From Gammaproteobacteria bacterium (GTDB lineage Bacteria; Pseudomonadota; Gammaproteobacteria; S012-40), in NCBI GenBank assembly GCA_029879945.1, contig JAOUPJ010000002.1, forward strand, positions 1-34,258: a stretch of DNA of 34,258 nt. The letters run 5' to 3'. Every line of letters starts with the position of its first letter. Within the stretch, counting starts at the first letter, position 1. Positions 1-9,735 of the stretch are shown one piece after another. Both the position numbers and the translations under genes were made by a program. Below the pieces are notes generated by a model that had not been told where the DNA came from, made no database searches, and was given only the letters and a program-made list of their open reading frames with translations.

Positions 1-1099
1 CATCCACTTCATTAAGCAGGGCCACCTCATCAGCAATGGGACGCCGTTCTTCTACCCACATTCTCAACACCTGAACGACTGCGGGAGGGTTTTTCTTGAC
101 CAGCGCAAACAAGAGATCGGTAACCTGATCCTTACGCAAACTGGTAAGCCGACCGACCATGCCAAAATCGATAAAGGCCACTCGATTTCCGGGCAAGGCA
201 ATCAAGTTTCCCAAATGGGGATCAGCGTGAAAAAAGCCGTCAACCAACACCATTTTGAGAATTGCTTTACCGCCTCGTCTGGCCAATTCCCGTCTGTCAA
301 AAGCGCCGTCAGTCTGGAGTAATAACTTGCGCCCGTGCGTTCCGCGTATAAATTCCTGAACATTGACTTGCTCACAGGTCCAGTCCCAATAGATTCTGGG
401 AATGACAACATTGGGATCATCCACAAATGATTTTGCGATCCGTTCGGCATTGCGTCCCTCTTCCTCCAGGTTTAGTTCCCGGCGCAAGGACTGCGCGAAT
501 TGTTTTACAATCTCAACCGGCTGGAAACGTTTCAACTCAGTAATATTATGCTCAGCAATTTCGGCCAGACGATTCAAGAGTCGCAAATCACCTTCGACCT
601 GTTTTTCGATTTGAGGACGCCGAAATTTTACGACAACTTCTTCGCCCGTTTTTAATCGGGCACGATGGACTTGTGCTATAGAAGCGGCGGCGAACGCTTC
701 TGAATCTAGCCTCTCCAATACCAAATTGGGATCAGCACCAAAGACTGCTTCAATCTCTTCCTGAAGTTCTTCTATTGGGAGTGGTTTGACTTGATCTTGC
801 AGGGTCTCAAATGCCGTAATCCACTCATCTGAAAACAAATCAACCCGAGTAGACAACAGCTGCCCTAATTTTATGAATGTGGGGCCAAGCTCCTCTAGCG
901 CCTTGACCACACGCTCAGGCGGTTCAATATCAGAAAGGGTGACAGACTCTTTAAAATGCAAGGCTCGGCCTGCCCGTTCCAGCGCATGGCTCATTCCCAG
1001 TCTACGAACCGTATCGCCAAAACCCCAGCGTATGAGCACGCTAGCGATTTCATGCAAACGCCCCAGATCACGCGCTGCGCTTAAAGTCTCCCATAGCAT
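1..1099 (-). CDS. ABC1/UbiB-family atypical protein kinase (AarF domain), N-terminal ~366 codons; the 3' end runs off the left edge
   Basis: Absent from the ORF track because no stop lies in the window. My own minus-strand translation from the ATG at 1099 stays open to position 1. It reads MLWETLSAARDLGRLHEIASVL..LGPTFIKLGQLLSTRVDLF..ASIAQVHRARLKTGEEVVVKFRRPQI..FFHADPHLGNL..IDFGMVGRL, which gives the ABC1 signature, the catalytic-loop HxDxHxGN and DFG. It starts 9 nt after the stop of the upstream ORF. Confidence 0.85.
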   Translation of the reverse strand, partial: MLWETLSAARDLGRLHEIASVLIRWGFGDTVRRLGMSHALERAGRALHFKESVTLSDIEPPERVVKALEELGPTFIKLGQLLSTRVDLFSDEWITAFETLQDQVKPLPIEELQEEIEAVFGADPNLVLERLDSEAFAAASIAQVHRARLKTGEEVVVKFRRPQIEKQVEGDLRLLNRLAEIAEHNITELKRFQPVEIVKQFAQSLRRELNLEEEGRNAERIAKSFVDDPNVVIPRIYWDWTCEQVNVQEFIRGTHGRKLLLQTDGAFDRRELARRGGKAILKMVLVDGFFHADPHLGNLIALPGNRVAFIDFGMVGRLTSLRKDQVTDLLFALVKKNPPAVVQVLRMWVEERRPIADEVALLNEVD

Positions 1100-1108
1100 T
1101 CGTGCGTG

Positions 1109-1759
1109 TTACTTTTTTTCCTGAGGATTGATTGCTTCCGCCATACCGGAAAGTATGCCACTGGCGACTTGCGCGATTTGCTCGCTCAACTTACGTCCGG
1201 TGTGATTGGCAACTGCAGCCCCTTCTTTCATCAAGTTCGCCAACTGCTGCTGAATCTGTGCGGCGGCCTCCTTGGCCTCGTTTCCTGCAGACGTGCCACT
1301 ATTGTTAAAATGTTCTGCCAGGCGCTTGAGTACAGCTCCAGTCAATTCACCACTCTTCTGACCCACCTTATTGATGGCATCGATAAATATCCCTTCTACT
1401 GAACTCAGATCGTTAATCACTGACTTTAAATCTTCTTCTACAAACTCCTTGGCCTGTCCCAAGGTCTCTTCAGCCGCCAGTTTGGCGGCTTGTGCCGATT
1501 TTTTCAGGGCCTCATCTACCCCATTCAAGGCAGCTTTCAGCTTGGGTTCAACATCACCGGATTGATTTTTAAATCCTTCACTAAGACCTTCTGTAACCAG
1601 GGTCACAGCCCTGCGTATGGATTCCCTATCCAGTTGCCTTTCTGTCAGCGCCCTTAACGTTAGAGCACGAACCACTTCGGATAGTGCTTCCGTACTCTCA
1701 GAAGCCGCCTGCTTCGCTTCCTCCCTGATGGCTTCATCAGATTCAGACTGATCAGACAT
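1109..1759 (-). CDS. Ala/Glu/Lys/Ser-rich all-helical protein (phasin/apolipoprotein-like), function unknown
   Basis: ORF 1109..1789. The likelier start is the ATG at 1759 (MSDQSESDEAIREE..), which is preceded by AAGGGGA 7 nt upstream. It has low-complexity helical composition, no TM segment or signal peptide, and is tightly coupled to the downstream ABC1 kinase. Confidence 0.6.
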   Translation of the reverse strand: MSDQSESDEAIREEAKQAASESTEALSEVVRALTLRALTERQLDRESIRRAVTLVTEGLSEGFKNQSGDVEPKLKAALNGVDEALKKSAQAAKLAAEETLGQAKEFVEEDLKSVINDLSSVEGIFIDAINKVGQKSGELTGAVLKRLAEHFNNSGTSAGNEAKEAAAQIQQQLANLMKEGAAVANHTGRKLSEQIAQVASGILSGMAEAINPQEKK

Positions 1760-1994
1760 GATAATTCCCCTTATTTTTTCTACCACCACTTGCTATTTTG
1801 GCAGAAGTTAAACAACTAGACCAATAAAGAATCCCACACCTATTGGACAACAGCAAACTTGAAACTTTCCACACACACATCGTCTCGGGCTATTTGTACT
1901 TAGTCTTAAATAGGCTGCTGCTGAAGTGAATTGTGGTATTCGCAAGTTTAGACAAATATAATAGGCAATTGGCAAGGGTAAAAACAAAGTAGTC

Positions 1995-2351
1995 ATGAAA
2001 ATAAATAGCCAGGCTTTCAAACAATTAGATCAATTTGATTACCATAGTGTGTTAGAAGAGACCAAGGGAATCAGTCTGGTTTTATTCGTCAAACAGAGTT
2101 GCTCGTCTTGCAAGAGCTGGGCAAGCCTGCTGCTAAATTATCAAAACTTTCACCCAGCCATTCAGCTATTCTTACTGGATGTGGAACGTGACCCTGGTTT
2201 AGGGGAGGAATTTGAACTGTTCCACCTGCCCGGTATTTTTCTATATATCGATGGTCAGTTTCACGCGACTATTCAATCGGAAGCCAGGCTTTCTCAATTT
2301 GAGGCCGCAGTTCAAAAGGCTGTGTTTTCCCTTCCACAAGAGACGCCCTAG
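1995..2351 (+). CDS. Thioredoxin-fold protein with a CxxC (CSSC) motif
   Basis: 118-aa ORF. VLFVKQSCSSCKSW followed by ..LPGIFLYIDGQ.. matches thioredoxin-like beta-alpha-beta topology with a redox CxxC. It is divergent from the helical-protein/ABC1 operon. Confidence 0.6.
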   Translation: MKINSQAFKQLDQFDYHSVLEETKGISLVLFVKQSCSSCKSWASLLLNYQNFHPAIQLFLLDVERDPGLGEEFELFHLPGIFLYIDGQFHATIQSEARLSQFEAAVQKAVFSLPQETP

Positions 2352-2698
2352 TAGGTTTTGCTCATTAAATAACTAGCATATAGTCTATGGAAAATAATTA
2401 AACAGTTTCATCAACATTTTGTAAAAAAAATTACTTTCTATTTCAACCGCTTTTCTGATTTTTACTTTTTCTTTTCCTTTCGCCCTTGAATAAGCGACCT
2501 TTTAGAACTAAAAATATGTACTCATTTGGTTGGCGCATCGTTCTCTACCACTGGGCAAACAGTAACCAACGTGTTTTTAAACCCGATTGGTGTGTTACCA
2601 GGTAACGAGAAGATCGTTGGACAAAATCTTCGCGCTTTTGGCACGATATTGTTTTGATACCGCTTTATCAAACTTACTTATTTCTGGGAACAATCTAA

Positions 2699-4816
2699 AT
2701 GGATATGCAAAACGGAAGAACCATTACTTCTGTTTCGGGAGACTCTTACTCTTCAGTTTTTTCCGAGCTTCATGCACTGGGTGATCGTTCAACCACCGCA
2801 TTATTTTCACTGGACGCCGAAGGAAATATCACCGCATATAGCGGCAGCCTTACTGCCGATGCCAACGCAATGATCGGGACCAGCATCTTTAGTGAATCAA
2901 ACCCTCTGAATGTGTTATCCCCTTATTTTGAATTTCTCATTGCCGGGGATACGATTTCTGAAAACTGTGTGCTGGAAGACAGACGTTATCGCGTCACCCT
3001 TATTCCCATTAAATTTAACAAATCCATCGTATCGATTTCAGGCACTCTAATTCGCAATTCCGATATAGAACTCACGCTCAGTAAGTTGACTGAATTCCAA
3101 CGGCATTACTTGTTATTGTCTCAATACTCCAGCGACATCATTACTTCACTGGACGATCAAGGGTCTGTGACCTATGCATCACCCACACTACAACGCGTAT
3201 TGGGGTACAGCAGCGGCGATTTAATCGGGGGCCCCATCTATGAACTCTTCAGCGGCGAAGATACCCGCGCAAAAAAGAGAGTCTTTAGCAAGATTCTTAG
3301 CCAGCTTCCTGGCCAATCCACTAGCTATCGGATTCAACGCAAAGACGGTGAGTTTATTTGGTTAGAGACCACCACCCGAGCCATCCTGCAGGGAACGCAG
3401 GAAGACCCCAAAGAGATCCTGACCGTTTCACGAGATGTGACCGAGCGCAAGGAAACAGAGGAACGTCTCCTTTATCTAGCAAACTATGACTCCCTTACCG
3501 GATTACCCAATCGTGCCCTGTTTCGTGATCGACTTCGTCGCGCCATTGCCAGGGCTCAACGCAACGACACCCGAGTTGCCCTGCTGTTTTTGGATCTGGA
3601 TCGATTTAAAAATATTAATGACAGCCTGGGTCACCAGGCCGGCGACCAATTATTACGGGGCGTGGCCAGACGTCTCAAGCACTATGCGCGAAAAGGGGAC
3701 ACCATCGCACGATTGGGGGGTGACGAGTTTACCGTGATTTTGGAAGGGATAAATCACCCTGATGACGCTGCAGTAGTCGCTAAAAAGATTCTGGAACTCA
3801 TGGAACCCGCCTTCAAGGTAGATGGCCACGAAGTAGTCGCCTCGCCCAGCATTGGGATCACCGTCTATCCAGACGATGCGGCTGATATGCGTACCCTGCT
3901 TAAGAATGCCGACACAGCCATGTATCGCTCTAAAGAGCGCGGAAGAAACCGCTATCAGTTCTACACCTCTGATATGAACGCCAAGGCCTATCAGTACCTG
4001 TTACTGGAAAATAATCTGCGCCATGCCCTGGAACGCGAGGAATTCTGCCTGCATTTTCAACCGCAATTGGATTTGCACACTCAGGGAATTATCGGCATTG
4101 AGGCCCTGCTGAGGTGGAACCACCCGGAGCAAGGACTGATATCGCCGGAAAATTTTATTCCCTTTACCGAGGAGACCGGACTAATCATTCCCATCGGCCA
4201 ATGGGTGCTGCGCGCAGCATGTAAGGAAGCCATGCACTGGCAACGCTCCGGGCTGGCTCCCGTGAGAGTTGCAGTCAATCTCTCGATGCGCCAATTTCGT
4301 CAGAAAGACTTTGTCAACATGGTGGCCGAAGCGCTGGACGAAAGTGGCCTGGAAGCCAAATATCTGGAGTTGGAGATTACCGAAAGTTTTCTCGCGCACA
4401 ACGTGGAACAAGCCACCGCGATTCTGCGGGATCTACACGATTTGGGGGTACAGCTATCCATAGACGATTTTGGAACGGGTTATTCCTCCTTGAACTATCT
4501 GCGAAATTTTCCGCTCAACACGCTCAAGATAGACCAGTCCTTCGTACAGGACATTTCAAAAAATCCGGAAGGGGCAACCATCGCCGAGGCCATTATTGCG
4601 CTGGGGCAAAGTCTGGGGCTCAACGTAATGGCTGAGGGTGTGGAGTCAGAAGATCAGGTCTTTTTCCTCCGTGGCCGTGGTTGTGATCAGGTCCAGGGAT
4701 ATCTGTTCAGCCACCCCTTACCTTCCGATCAGGTCATGAGCTGGATGAGGCGAAATCGCAAACATCAAACCCTGTACGAACAACATCACCTGTGGCCAGA
4801 GGCCGCTCGACTCTAG
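2699..4816 (+). CDS. PAS-PAS-GGDEF-EAL signalling protein (diguanylate cyclase/c-di-GMP phosphodiesterase)
   Basis: 705 aa. It carries the PAS-like ALFSLDAEGNITAYSG and SLDDQGSVTYASPTLQRVLGY segments. The GGDEF domain has an RKGD I-site 5 residues before RLGGDEFTV. The EAL domain shows EALLRW, ELEITES, DDFGTGYSSL, KIDQSF, EGVE and QGYLFS. Confidence 0.92.
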   Translation: MDMQNGRTITSVSGDSYSSVFSELHALGDRSTTALFSLDAEGNITAYSGSLTADANAMIGTSIFSESNPLNVLSPYFEFLIAGDTISENCVLEDRRYRVTLIPIKFNKSIVSISGTLIRNSDIELTLSKLTEFQRHYLLLSQYSSDIITSLDDQGSVTYASPTLQRVLGYSSGDLIGGPIYELFSGEDTRAKKRVFSKILSQLPGQSTSYRIQRKDGEFIWLETTTRAILQGTQEDPKEILTVSRDVTERKETEERLLYLANYDSLTGLPNRALFRDRLRRAIARAQRNDTRVALLFLDLDRFKNINDSLGHQAGDQLLRGVARRLKHYARKGDTIARLGGDEFTVILEGINHPDDAAVVAKKILELMEPAFKVDGHEVVASPSIGITVYPDDAADMRTLLKNADTAMYRSKERGRNRYQFYTSDMNAKAYQYLLLENNLRHALEREEFCLHFQPQLDLHTQGIIGIEALLRWNHPEQGLISPENFIPFTEETGLIIPIGQWVLRAACKEAMHWQRSGLAPVRVAVNLSMRQFRQKDFVNMVAEALDESGLEAKYLELEITESFLAHNVEQATAILRDLHDLGVQLSIDDFGTGYSSLNYLRNFPLNTLKIDQSFVQDISKNPEGATIAEAIIALGQSLGLNVMAEGVESEDQVFFLRGRGCDQVQGYLFSHPLPSDQVMSWMRRNRKHQTLYEQHHLWPEAARL

Positions 4817-4883
4817 GGAACTCGCCCAAAGTTTGCTCACATAGTGTATACTGCGGCCTTTTCTATTCTGTTCAGAGGATGGC

Positions 4884-5753
4884 ATGAACTTCGAAATTCT
4901 GCGAGAAATGGAGGGTTTTACCCAGGACATGTTCAACAACATAATCGGTTTCCAGGAACGCGACCATGCAGCGTGGAATACCGACCTGACTTTCTCCCAA
5001 AGAATCAGCAAGTTACCCCTGCATTATCTTATCTTTAGCAATGCAGACAGAAATCCAGAGACCCATGGTCCGACCATCGCCCATTTCTATCCCCTGCGTT
5101 GGGAAATGCAAACCCTGGCGAAGTACGCCAAACAAGTCGCCAAAAAACCCGTGATTTTCGATCTCTACGCGCGAAACGGATTCGTCGGAAGTCTCTTGGC
5201 AAGAGAAGGGGTGAAGGTAGTAGGCTGGAAAAACGCCTTGCTCAAGCCCAATCAAATCGAGTCTTTCTACGACGAGCAGAATTATGAAATGCGGGATAAT
5301 CCCCCGGAGGCCAGTGAACAAGCCGATGTGGTGTTTGCCAATTGGACCCCATCCGGTGTGGACGATACCCAGCACATTCTATCGCTCAAGCCAAAGATGA
5401 TCGTCTATATCTACACGCAACATATTAACGAGCATAGCGAAGAACGTCAGACTGGCACAGAAGACTCTTTCGGAAAAACGCTACCTGACAACTATGCCCT
5501 GGTGGACGAGTGGCAGGTGACACGTCCTGAAAATGTGTTACATGAAGTCTGGCCAGATCTGACTGCAAACATTGAAGAAACCAGAACAGTGCGTGTGTTT
5601 GCGCTAAAAGACTTCGATCCCGCCCTATTCATGCGCCTGGAAGCACCAAAAGGAAAATGCTACGACTGGGAAAGCGAGTTAAACATGGCTGAAACGGCCA
5701 TGGAAGCGAAACAGTATCTGAAAAAGCATGGTTTTCCTAGCGGGAGTTTTTAG
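4884..5753 (+). CDS. Hypothetical protein with a degenerate Rossmann/class-I methyltransferase-like core
   Basis: 289-aa ORF with GAGGA 4 nt before the ATG. KKPVIFDLYARNGFVGSLLAREGVKVVGW resembles beta1-loop-helix-beta2, and ADVVFANWTPSG resembles the FDxVFSN strand. The glycine loop is not canonical. It lies 67 nt downstream of the GGDEF-EAL gene on the same strand. Confidence 0.55.
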   Translation: MNFEILREMEGFTQDMFNNIIGFQERDHAAWNTDLTFSQRISKLPLHYLIFSNADRNPETHGPTIAHFYPLRWEMQTLAKYAKQVAKKPVIFDLYARNGFVGSLLAREGVKVVGWKNALLKPNQIESFYDEQNYEMRDNPPEASEQADVVFANWTPSGVDDTQHILSLKPKMIVYIYTQHINEHSEERQTGTEDSFGKTLPDNYALVDEWQVTRPENVLHEVWPDLTANIEETRTVRVFALKDFDPALFMRLEAPKGKCYDWESELNMAETAMEAKQYLKKHGFPSGSF

Positions 5754-5766
5754 TAGACAAAAAAAA

Positions 5767-5787
5767 TCCCGTGTCAGCCACGGGATC
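5767..5787 (-). terminator. Rho-independent terminator of the Sel1-repeat gene, between convergent genes
   Basis: 8-bp stem ATCCCGTG / CACGGGAT with a 5-nt loop. On the minus strand it is followed by a T7 run (A-run 5760-5766 on plus). Confidence 0.6.
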
Positions 5788-5820
5788 TAACCCCAGTTTC
5801 AGAACATTATCATTATTGTT

Positions 5821-6657
5821 TTATTGCGTAGCCAGATCAACCGCGAGTAAACCGCGAGATTTGGCCTGATCCCTCTCTTCCTCAGACAAAACTGTTACTA
5901 ATTCATTCATGGCGCGGTAGGCGTCTGCATCACCGGCATCAGATGCCTTGCTGTACCAGTGCAGGGCTTCGACTACGTTTCGTGGCGTCGCAACGCCCGC
6001 TTCATGCATCGCACCCAGTAGGTATTGAGCTCGTGTTACACCTTGATTGGCGGCACGCTCATACCAATACAAAACTTTTTTATCGTCTTTCTTAACGCCC
6101 TTGCCGTAGTAATACATCAATGCAAGATTGAACTGTGCATGGGCGAAGCCGTTATTCGCGGCCTTTTCATACCAATAGGCAGACTTTTCCAGGTCTTGTT
6201 TGACACCTTCACCCTGTCTATACATATTACCCATATTGAATTGGGCGGTGGCATAGCCTTGTTCTGCGGCCTTTTTAAACCATTTCACCGCTTTGGACAT
6301 ATTCTTTTCTACACCCTCACCGTCCGCAAACAATTGACCCAGGTCGATTTGAGCGGGAGCGAAACCGTTATTCGCTGCTTTAATGTACCACTCGAGTGCA
6401 AGCTCGTAGTTGCGGGCATGACCATCCTCACCATCTCGATAACGTCTACCCATTAGATATTGCGCCATCGGCTCACCACCTTCAGCGAGTGTCTTGAGCA
6501 TATCTTCATCTACAGTCTCTTGAAGCTGAATGGCCTTGCTGCCAGTACTCACACCCAATTTACTACTTAAAGCCAATGCATCCGTCGATACGGTCATAGC
6601 GCTAACTACGCCAAGGGCAATTAGAAGATTGAATGTGGCAACAGACTTGAGTTTCAT
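5821..6657 (-). CDS. Secreted Sel1-repeat (SLR/TPR-like) protein
   Basis: ORF 5821..6696. The likely start is the ATG at 6657 (MKLKSVATFNLLIALGVVSAMTVSTDALA, a signal peptide) with AGGA upstream. It has at least five repeats of the Sel1 pattern (A..WY.KAA.QG.A.AQ..LG.MY..G.GV..D..KA..W..). Confidence 0.82.
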   Translation of the reverse strand: MKLKSVATFNLLIALGVVSAMTVSTDALALSSKLGVSTGSKAIQLQETVDEDMLKTLAEGGEPMAQYLMGRRYRDGEDGHARNYELALEWYIKAANNGFAPAQIDLGQLFADGEGVEKNMSKAVKWFKKAAEQGYATAQFNMGNMYRQGEGVKQDLEKSAYWYEKAANNGFAHAQFNLALMYYYGKGVKKDDKKVLYWYERAANQGVTRAQYLLGAMHEAGVATPRNVVEALHWYSKASDAGDADAYRAMNELVTVLSEEERDQAKSRGLLAVDLATQ

Positions 6658-6793
6658 AGTTATCATCCTAGTGCTGGTGATCTCGATATGGTGCACATGG
6701 TAGTTGGCGGAGATTTATACTCACTTAAGGACAAGGTTTTTTTGTTAGACTTGGCCTAAAATACATATCAACTCCTTGAAGCCAGTGGCAAAT

Positions 6794-8089
6794 ATGCAGA
6801 ATAAAATTTCCAAACCCAAGCGTATTGAGATATTTAGTTGGGCAATGTTTGACTTTGCCAACTCCGGTTATACCACCGTTGTACTGACTGCAGTCTTTAA
6901 TACCTACTTCGTGGGCGTAGTGGCAGCCGGTGGTGAAAGCGGTGCCGCGACCTTCCTTTGGACCATTACTACCGCCATTGCAAACATCGTAGTATTGATC
7001 AGTGCACCCCTGATAGGTGCAATGGTGGATCAAACCGCTTCGAAAAAACGCTTTTTGTTTGTGGCCACACTGAGTTGTGTGCTTGCCACAGCCTGTCTCT
7101 ATTTCGTTGGACCCGGAGATGTGGTGTTGGCCATGACTTTAATCATCATTGCCAATATTATGTTCTACACAGGAGAGAACCTGATTTCCGCCTTTCTGCC
7201 AGAAATCACCACGCCTGAAAAGATGGGTAGGATCTCCGCCATGGGTTGGACTCTGGGGTATCTGGGTGGCATGCTCACCCTGGTTCTGTGTCTGGCCTAT
7301 ATAAATAGTGCCACATCACGTGGTGAAACGGCGGCACAATTTGTACCTGCCAGCATGCTCATCGTGGCAGTGGTTTTTGCCCTGGCGGCTGCACCCACTT
7401 TTATCTGGCTGAAAGAGCGAGCACAAGCCAAACCAGCCACATCAGAAGGAAACCTTGTTCGGCAGGCGTATCGGCGTTTAAAGCAAACCTTCGAGCATGC
7501 ACGATCATTTCAGGACCTGTTTCGTTTTCTCATCACACTCACCGTATTTCACAGCGGGATAATGACTGTCATAGTATTGGCGGCTATCTACGCCCAAGAG
7601 GAAATGGGATTTACGACCGAAGACACCATCAAACTCATTTTGATCGTCAATGTCTCAGCCGCCGTCGGCGCGGCCCTATTTGGATTTATCCAGGACAAGA
7701 TTGGCTCTAAAAAAACATTAATGACGACGTTGATTCTGTGGATCATATCTATGGTCTACCTGTTTCAATTAGACGATCGCTTCTCATTTTGGATCGCCGC
7801 TAATCTAATCGGCATCGCATTGGGTTCGTCTCAAAGTGCCGGAAGAGCCATGATAGGACTCTTCTCTCCGGTTGAGCGTTGCGGGGAGTTTTTTGGATTG
7901 TGGGGCTTGGCGACCAAGTTGGCCGCTGTATGCGGTCCGCTTTGCTATGGCTTTATCACCTATGTCACGGCAGGAAACCACCGCATCGCCTTATTATCTA
8001 CCACAGTCTTTTTTTTCCTAGGCCTGATTTTGTTACTGACTGTTAATGAATCCAGAGGAATTAAGGCCGCCCATGGTGAGACTGATTAG
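6794..8089 (+). CDS. MFS transporter, UMF1/Atg22-like family
   Basis: ORF 6776..8089 opens with a TTG; the first ATG is at 6794. The N-terminal FSWAMFDFANSGYTTVVL motif is typical of the UMF1 family. About 12 hydrophobic segments flank a central charged loop (KERAQAKPATSEGN..). Confidence 0.7.
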   Translation: MQNKISKPKRIEIFSWAMFDFANSGYTTVVLTAVFNTYFVGVVAAGGESGAATFLWTITTAIANIVVLISAPLIGAMVDQTASKKRFLFVATLSCVLATACLYFVGPGDVVLAMTLIIIANIMFYTGENLISAFLPEITTPEKMGRISAMGWTLGYLGGMLTLVLCLAYINSATSRGETAAQFVPASMLIVAVVFALAAAPTFIWLKERAQAKPATSEGNLVRQAYRRLKQTFEHARSFQDLFRFLITLTVFHSGIMTVIVLAAIYAQEEMGFTTEDTIKLILIVNVSAAVGAALFGFIQDKIGSKKTLMTTLILWIISMVYLFQLDDRFSFWIAANLIGIALGSSQSAGRAMIGLFSPVERCGEFFGLWGLATKLAAVCGPLCYGFITYVTAGNHRIALLSTTVFFFLGLILLLTVNESRGIKAAHGETD

Positions 8090-8149
8090 TAAAACCTGCA
8101 CGATTTATGCTCTAATGGGAATGAGACAGAAAACATTCACAGGTGACTC

Positions 8150-8629
8150 GTGACCAAGCCAGACGCAAAATTTATGTTGGCTGCCATCAGTGATGCCAAG
8201 GCGCATCTTAGCGACGAAGGAGGCGGACCGTTTGGCGCTTGTATAGAAAAAGATGGCAACATCCTGGCAATTGCCCACAACACGGTCTTGGAAAATACTG
8301 ATCCAACCTGTCATGCCGAGGTCAATGCCATTCGGATTGCCGCAAAAAAGATCGGCAATCATGATCTGAGTGGTTGCACCATTTACTCCACCACCGAGCC
8401 TTGTCCCATGTGCTTTAGCGCCATCCATTGGGCCAATATCGAACACATCGTGTATGGAACGAATATTTCCGATGCACAAGATCTGGGCTTTAACGAATTG
8501 ACCGTGAGCAATCAGCTGATGAAAAGCGAGGGAGGATCAAAGGTAGTCATTACCGCAGATTTTATGCGGGACGAGTGCCTGGATCTATTCAAAGCGTGGA
8601 AAGAAAACACCAGTGGTATTGTGTACTGA
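8150..8629 (+). CDS. guaD: Guanine deaminase of the cytidine-deaminase fold (GuaD-type)
   Basis: 159 aa with GGPFGA..DPTCHAEVNAIR..TEPCPMC zinc ligands, ..GF.E.., and a C-terminal FKAWKEN....Y ending in Tyr. This closely parallels B. subtilis GuaD as I remember it. It has a GTG start after AGGTGA. Confidence 0.72.
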   Translation: MTKPDAKFMLAAISDAKAHLSDEGGGPFGACIEKDGNILAIAHNTVLENTDPTCHAEVNAIRIAAKKIGNHDLSGCTIYSTTEPCPMCFSAIHWANIEHIVYGTNISDAQDLGFNELTVSNQLMKSEGGSKVVITADFMRDECLDLFKAWKENTSGIVY

Positions 8630-9199
8630 ATGGATGCAAAGATTTATGCCCTCATACTCAGCGGAGGAAAGGGTAGCAGGATGGGCAATCAGGACAAGGG
8701 ACTCGTCCCCTACAAGGGACGCCCCCTGATCGAGCACGTATTAGATATCATCCGCCCCCAAGTCCAGGAGATTGTAATTAGCGCCAATCGTAACCTGGAC
8801 CAATATCAGCAATACACTTCCAAACTCGTCAAAGATACAGAATCAGAAAACAGGGGCCCCTTGGCCGGTGTCCACTCGGGATTACAAAAAATCGATGCGC
8901 CCTATACCTTACTCGTAGCCTGTGATCAACCCATGCTCCCGGTAGATCTGGTTGAAAAGCTTTATGCACCTTTCATCACTAACCCTGAACTGCAGGTAAG
9001 TTGCGCAAAGGTTCTGGGTAGCATCCAACCCCTGAATGCCATTATCAAAACAGAACTGTCAAAGGAATTGGACATATTCATCGGTAGAGATGAGTATTCC
9101 GTCAAACGCTGGTATCAGACACTCAACACCTATCAGGTAGACTTCTCGACTCAAGCCGAACACTTTGCTAATGTGAACGAGACATCCCAACTAATCTGA
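8630..9199 (+). CDS. mobA: Molybdenum cofactor guanylyltransferase
   Basis: LILSGGKGSRMGNQDKGLVPYKGRPLIEHV..GPLAG..ACDQP motifs. The ATG directly abuts the guaD stop (TGA ATG). Confidence 0.87.
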   Translation: MDAKIYALILSGGKGSRMGNQDKGLVPYKGRPLIEHVLDIIRPQVQEIVISANRNLDQYQQYTSKLVKDTESENRGPLAGVHSGLQKIDAPYTLLVACDQPMLPVDLVEKLYAPFITNPELQVSCAKVLGSIQPLNAIIKTELSKELDIFIGRDEYSVKRWYQTLNTYQVDFSTQAEHFANVNETSQLI

Positions 9200-9208
9200 T
9201 CGAGCACA

Positions 9209-9730
9209 ATGACACAAGAAACCCCCGTCATTGCCTTTGTGGGCTACAGTGGCAGCGGAAAAACCACTTTAATAGAATTACTAATACCCCTGCTCGCTGC
9301 AAAGGGTGTTCGAGTCGCTGCACTGAAGCATTCTCACCACCGTTTTGATATTGACCATGAAGGGAAAGACAGTTATCGACTACGGAAGGCAGGTGCCAGG
9401 CAAACCATTGTTGCCTCCCAAACTCGTTGGGCACTTATAGGTGAAACGCCGAATCAGACGGTACCCGACTTGAACACACTACTCAAGAAATTTGATCACG
9501 GCGCCCTGGATCTCATCCTCATTGAGGGATTCAAACACGAACACATACCCAAAATTGAAGTGCATCGGAAGGCGATTGATAAACCCTATTTCCACATTGA
9601 AGATTCCGATATCTTTGCACTGGCTACAGATCAAGCAATTTCCTACAATGTTGTCCCTGACCTCCTGGACATAAACAATCCCCAGGAAATCGCTGACTAT
9701 ATTACGAGAAAATATTCACTAACTGGATAA
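9209..9730 (+). CDS. mobB: Molybdopterin-guanine dinucleotide biosynthesis adapter protein
   Basis: Walker A motif FVGYSGSGKTTL, then KHSHH.FDID..GKDS and ILIEGFK, typical of MobB. Confidence 0.87.
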   Translation: MTQETPVIAFVGYSGSGKTTLIELLIPLLAAKGVRVAALKHSHHRFDIDHEGKDSYRLRKAGARQTIVASQTRWALIGETPNQTVPDLNTLLKKFDHGALDLILIEGFKHEHIPKIEVHRKAIDKPYFHIEDSDIFALATDQAISYNVVPDLLDINNPQEIADYITRKYSLTG

Positions 9731-9735
9731 ACACC

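Noticed and set aside
2639-2655. Sigma54-like TGGCACGatatTGTT upstream of the GGDEF-EAL gene
   Set aside because: The -24 half is perfect, but the -12 element reads TTGT with a spacing one nt short or GC replaced by TT. No enhancer-binding protein gene is nearby, so this is too weak to call.
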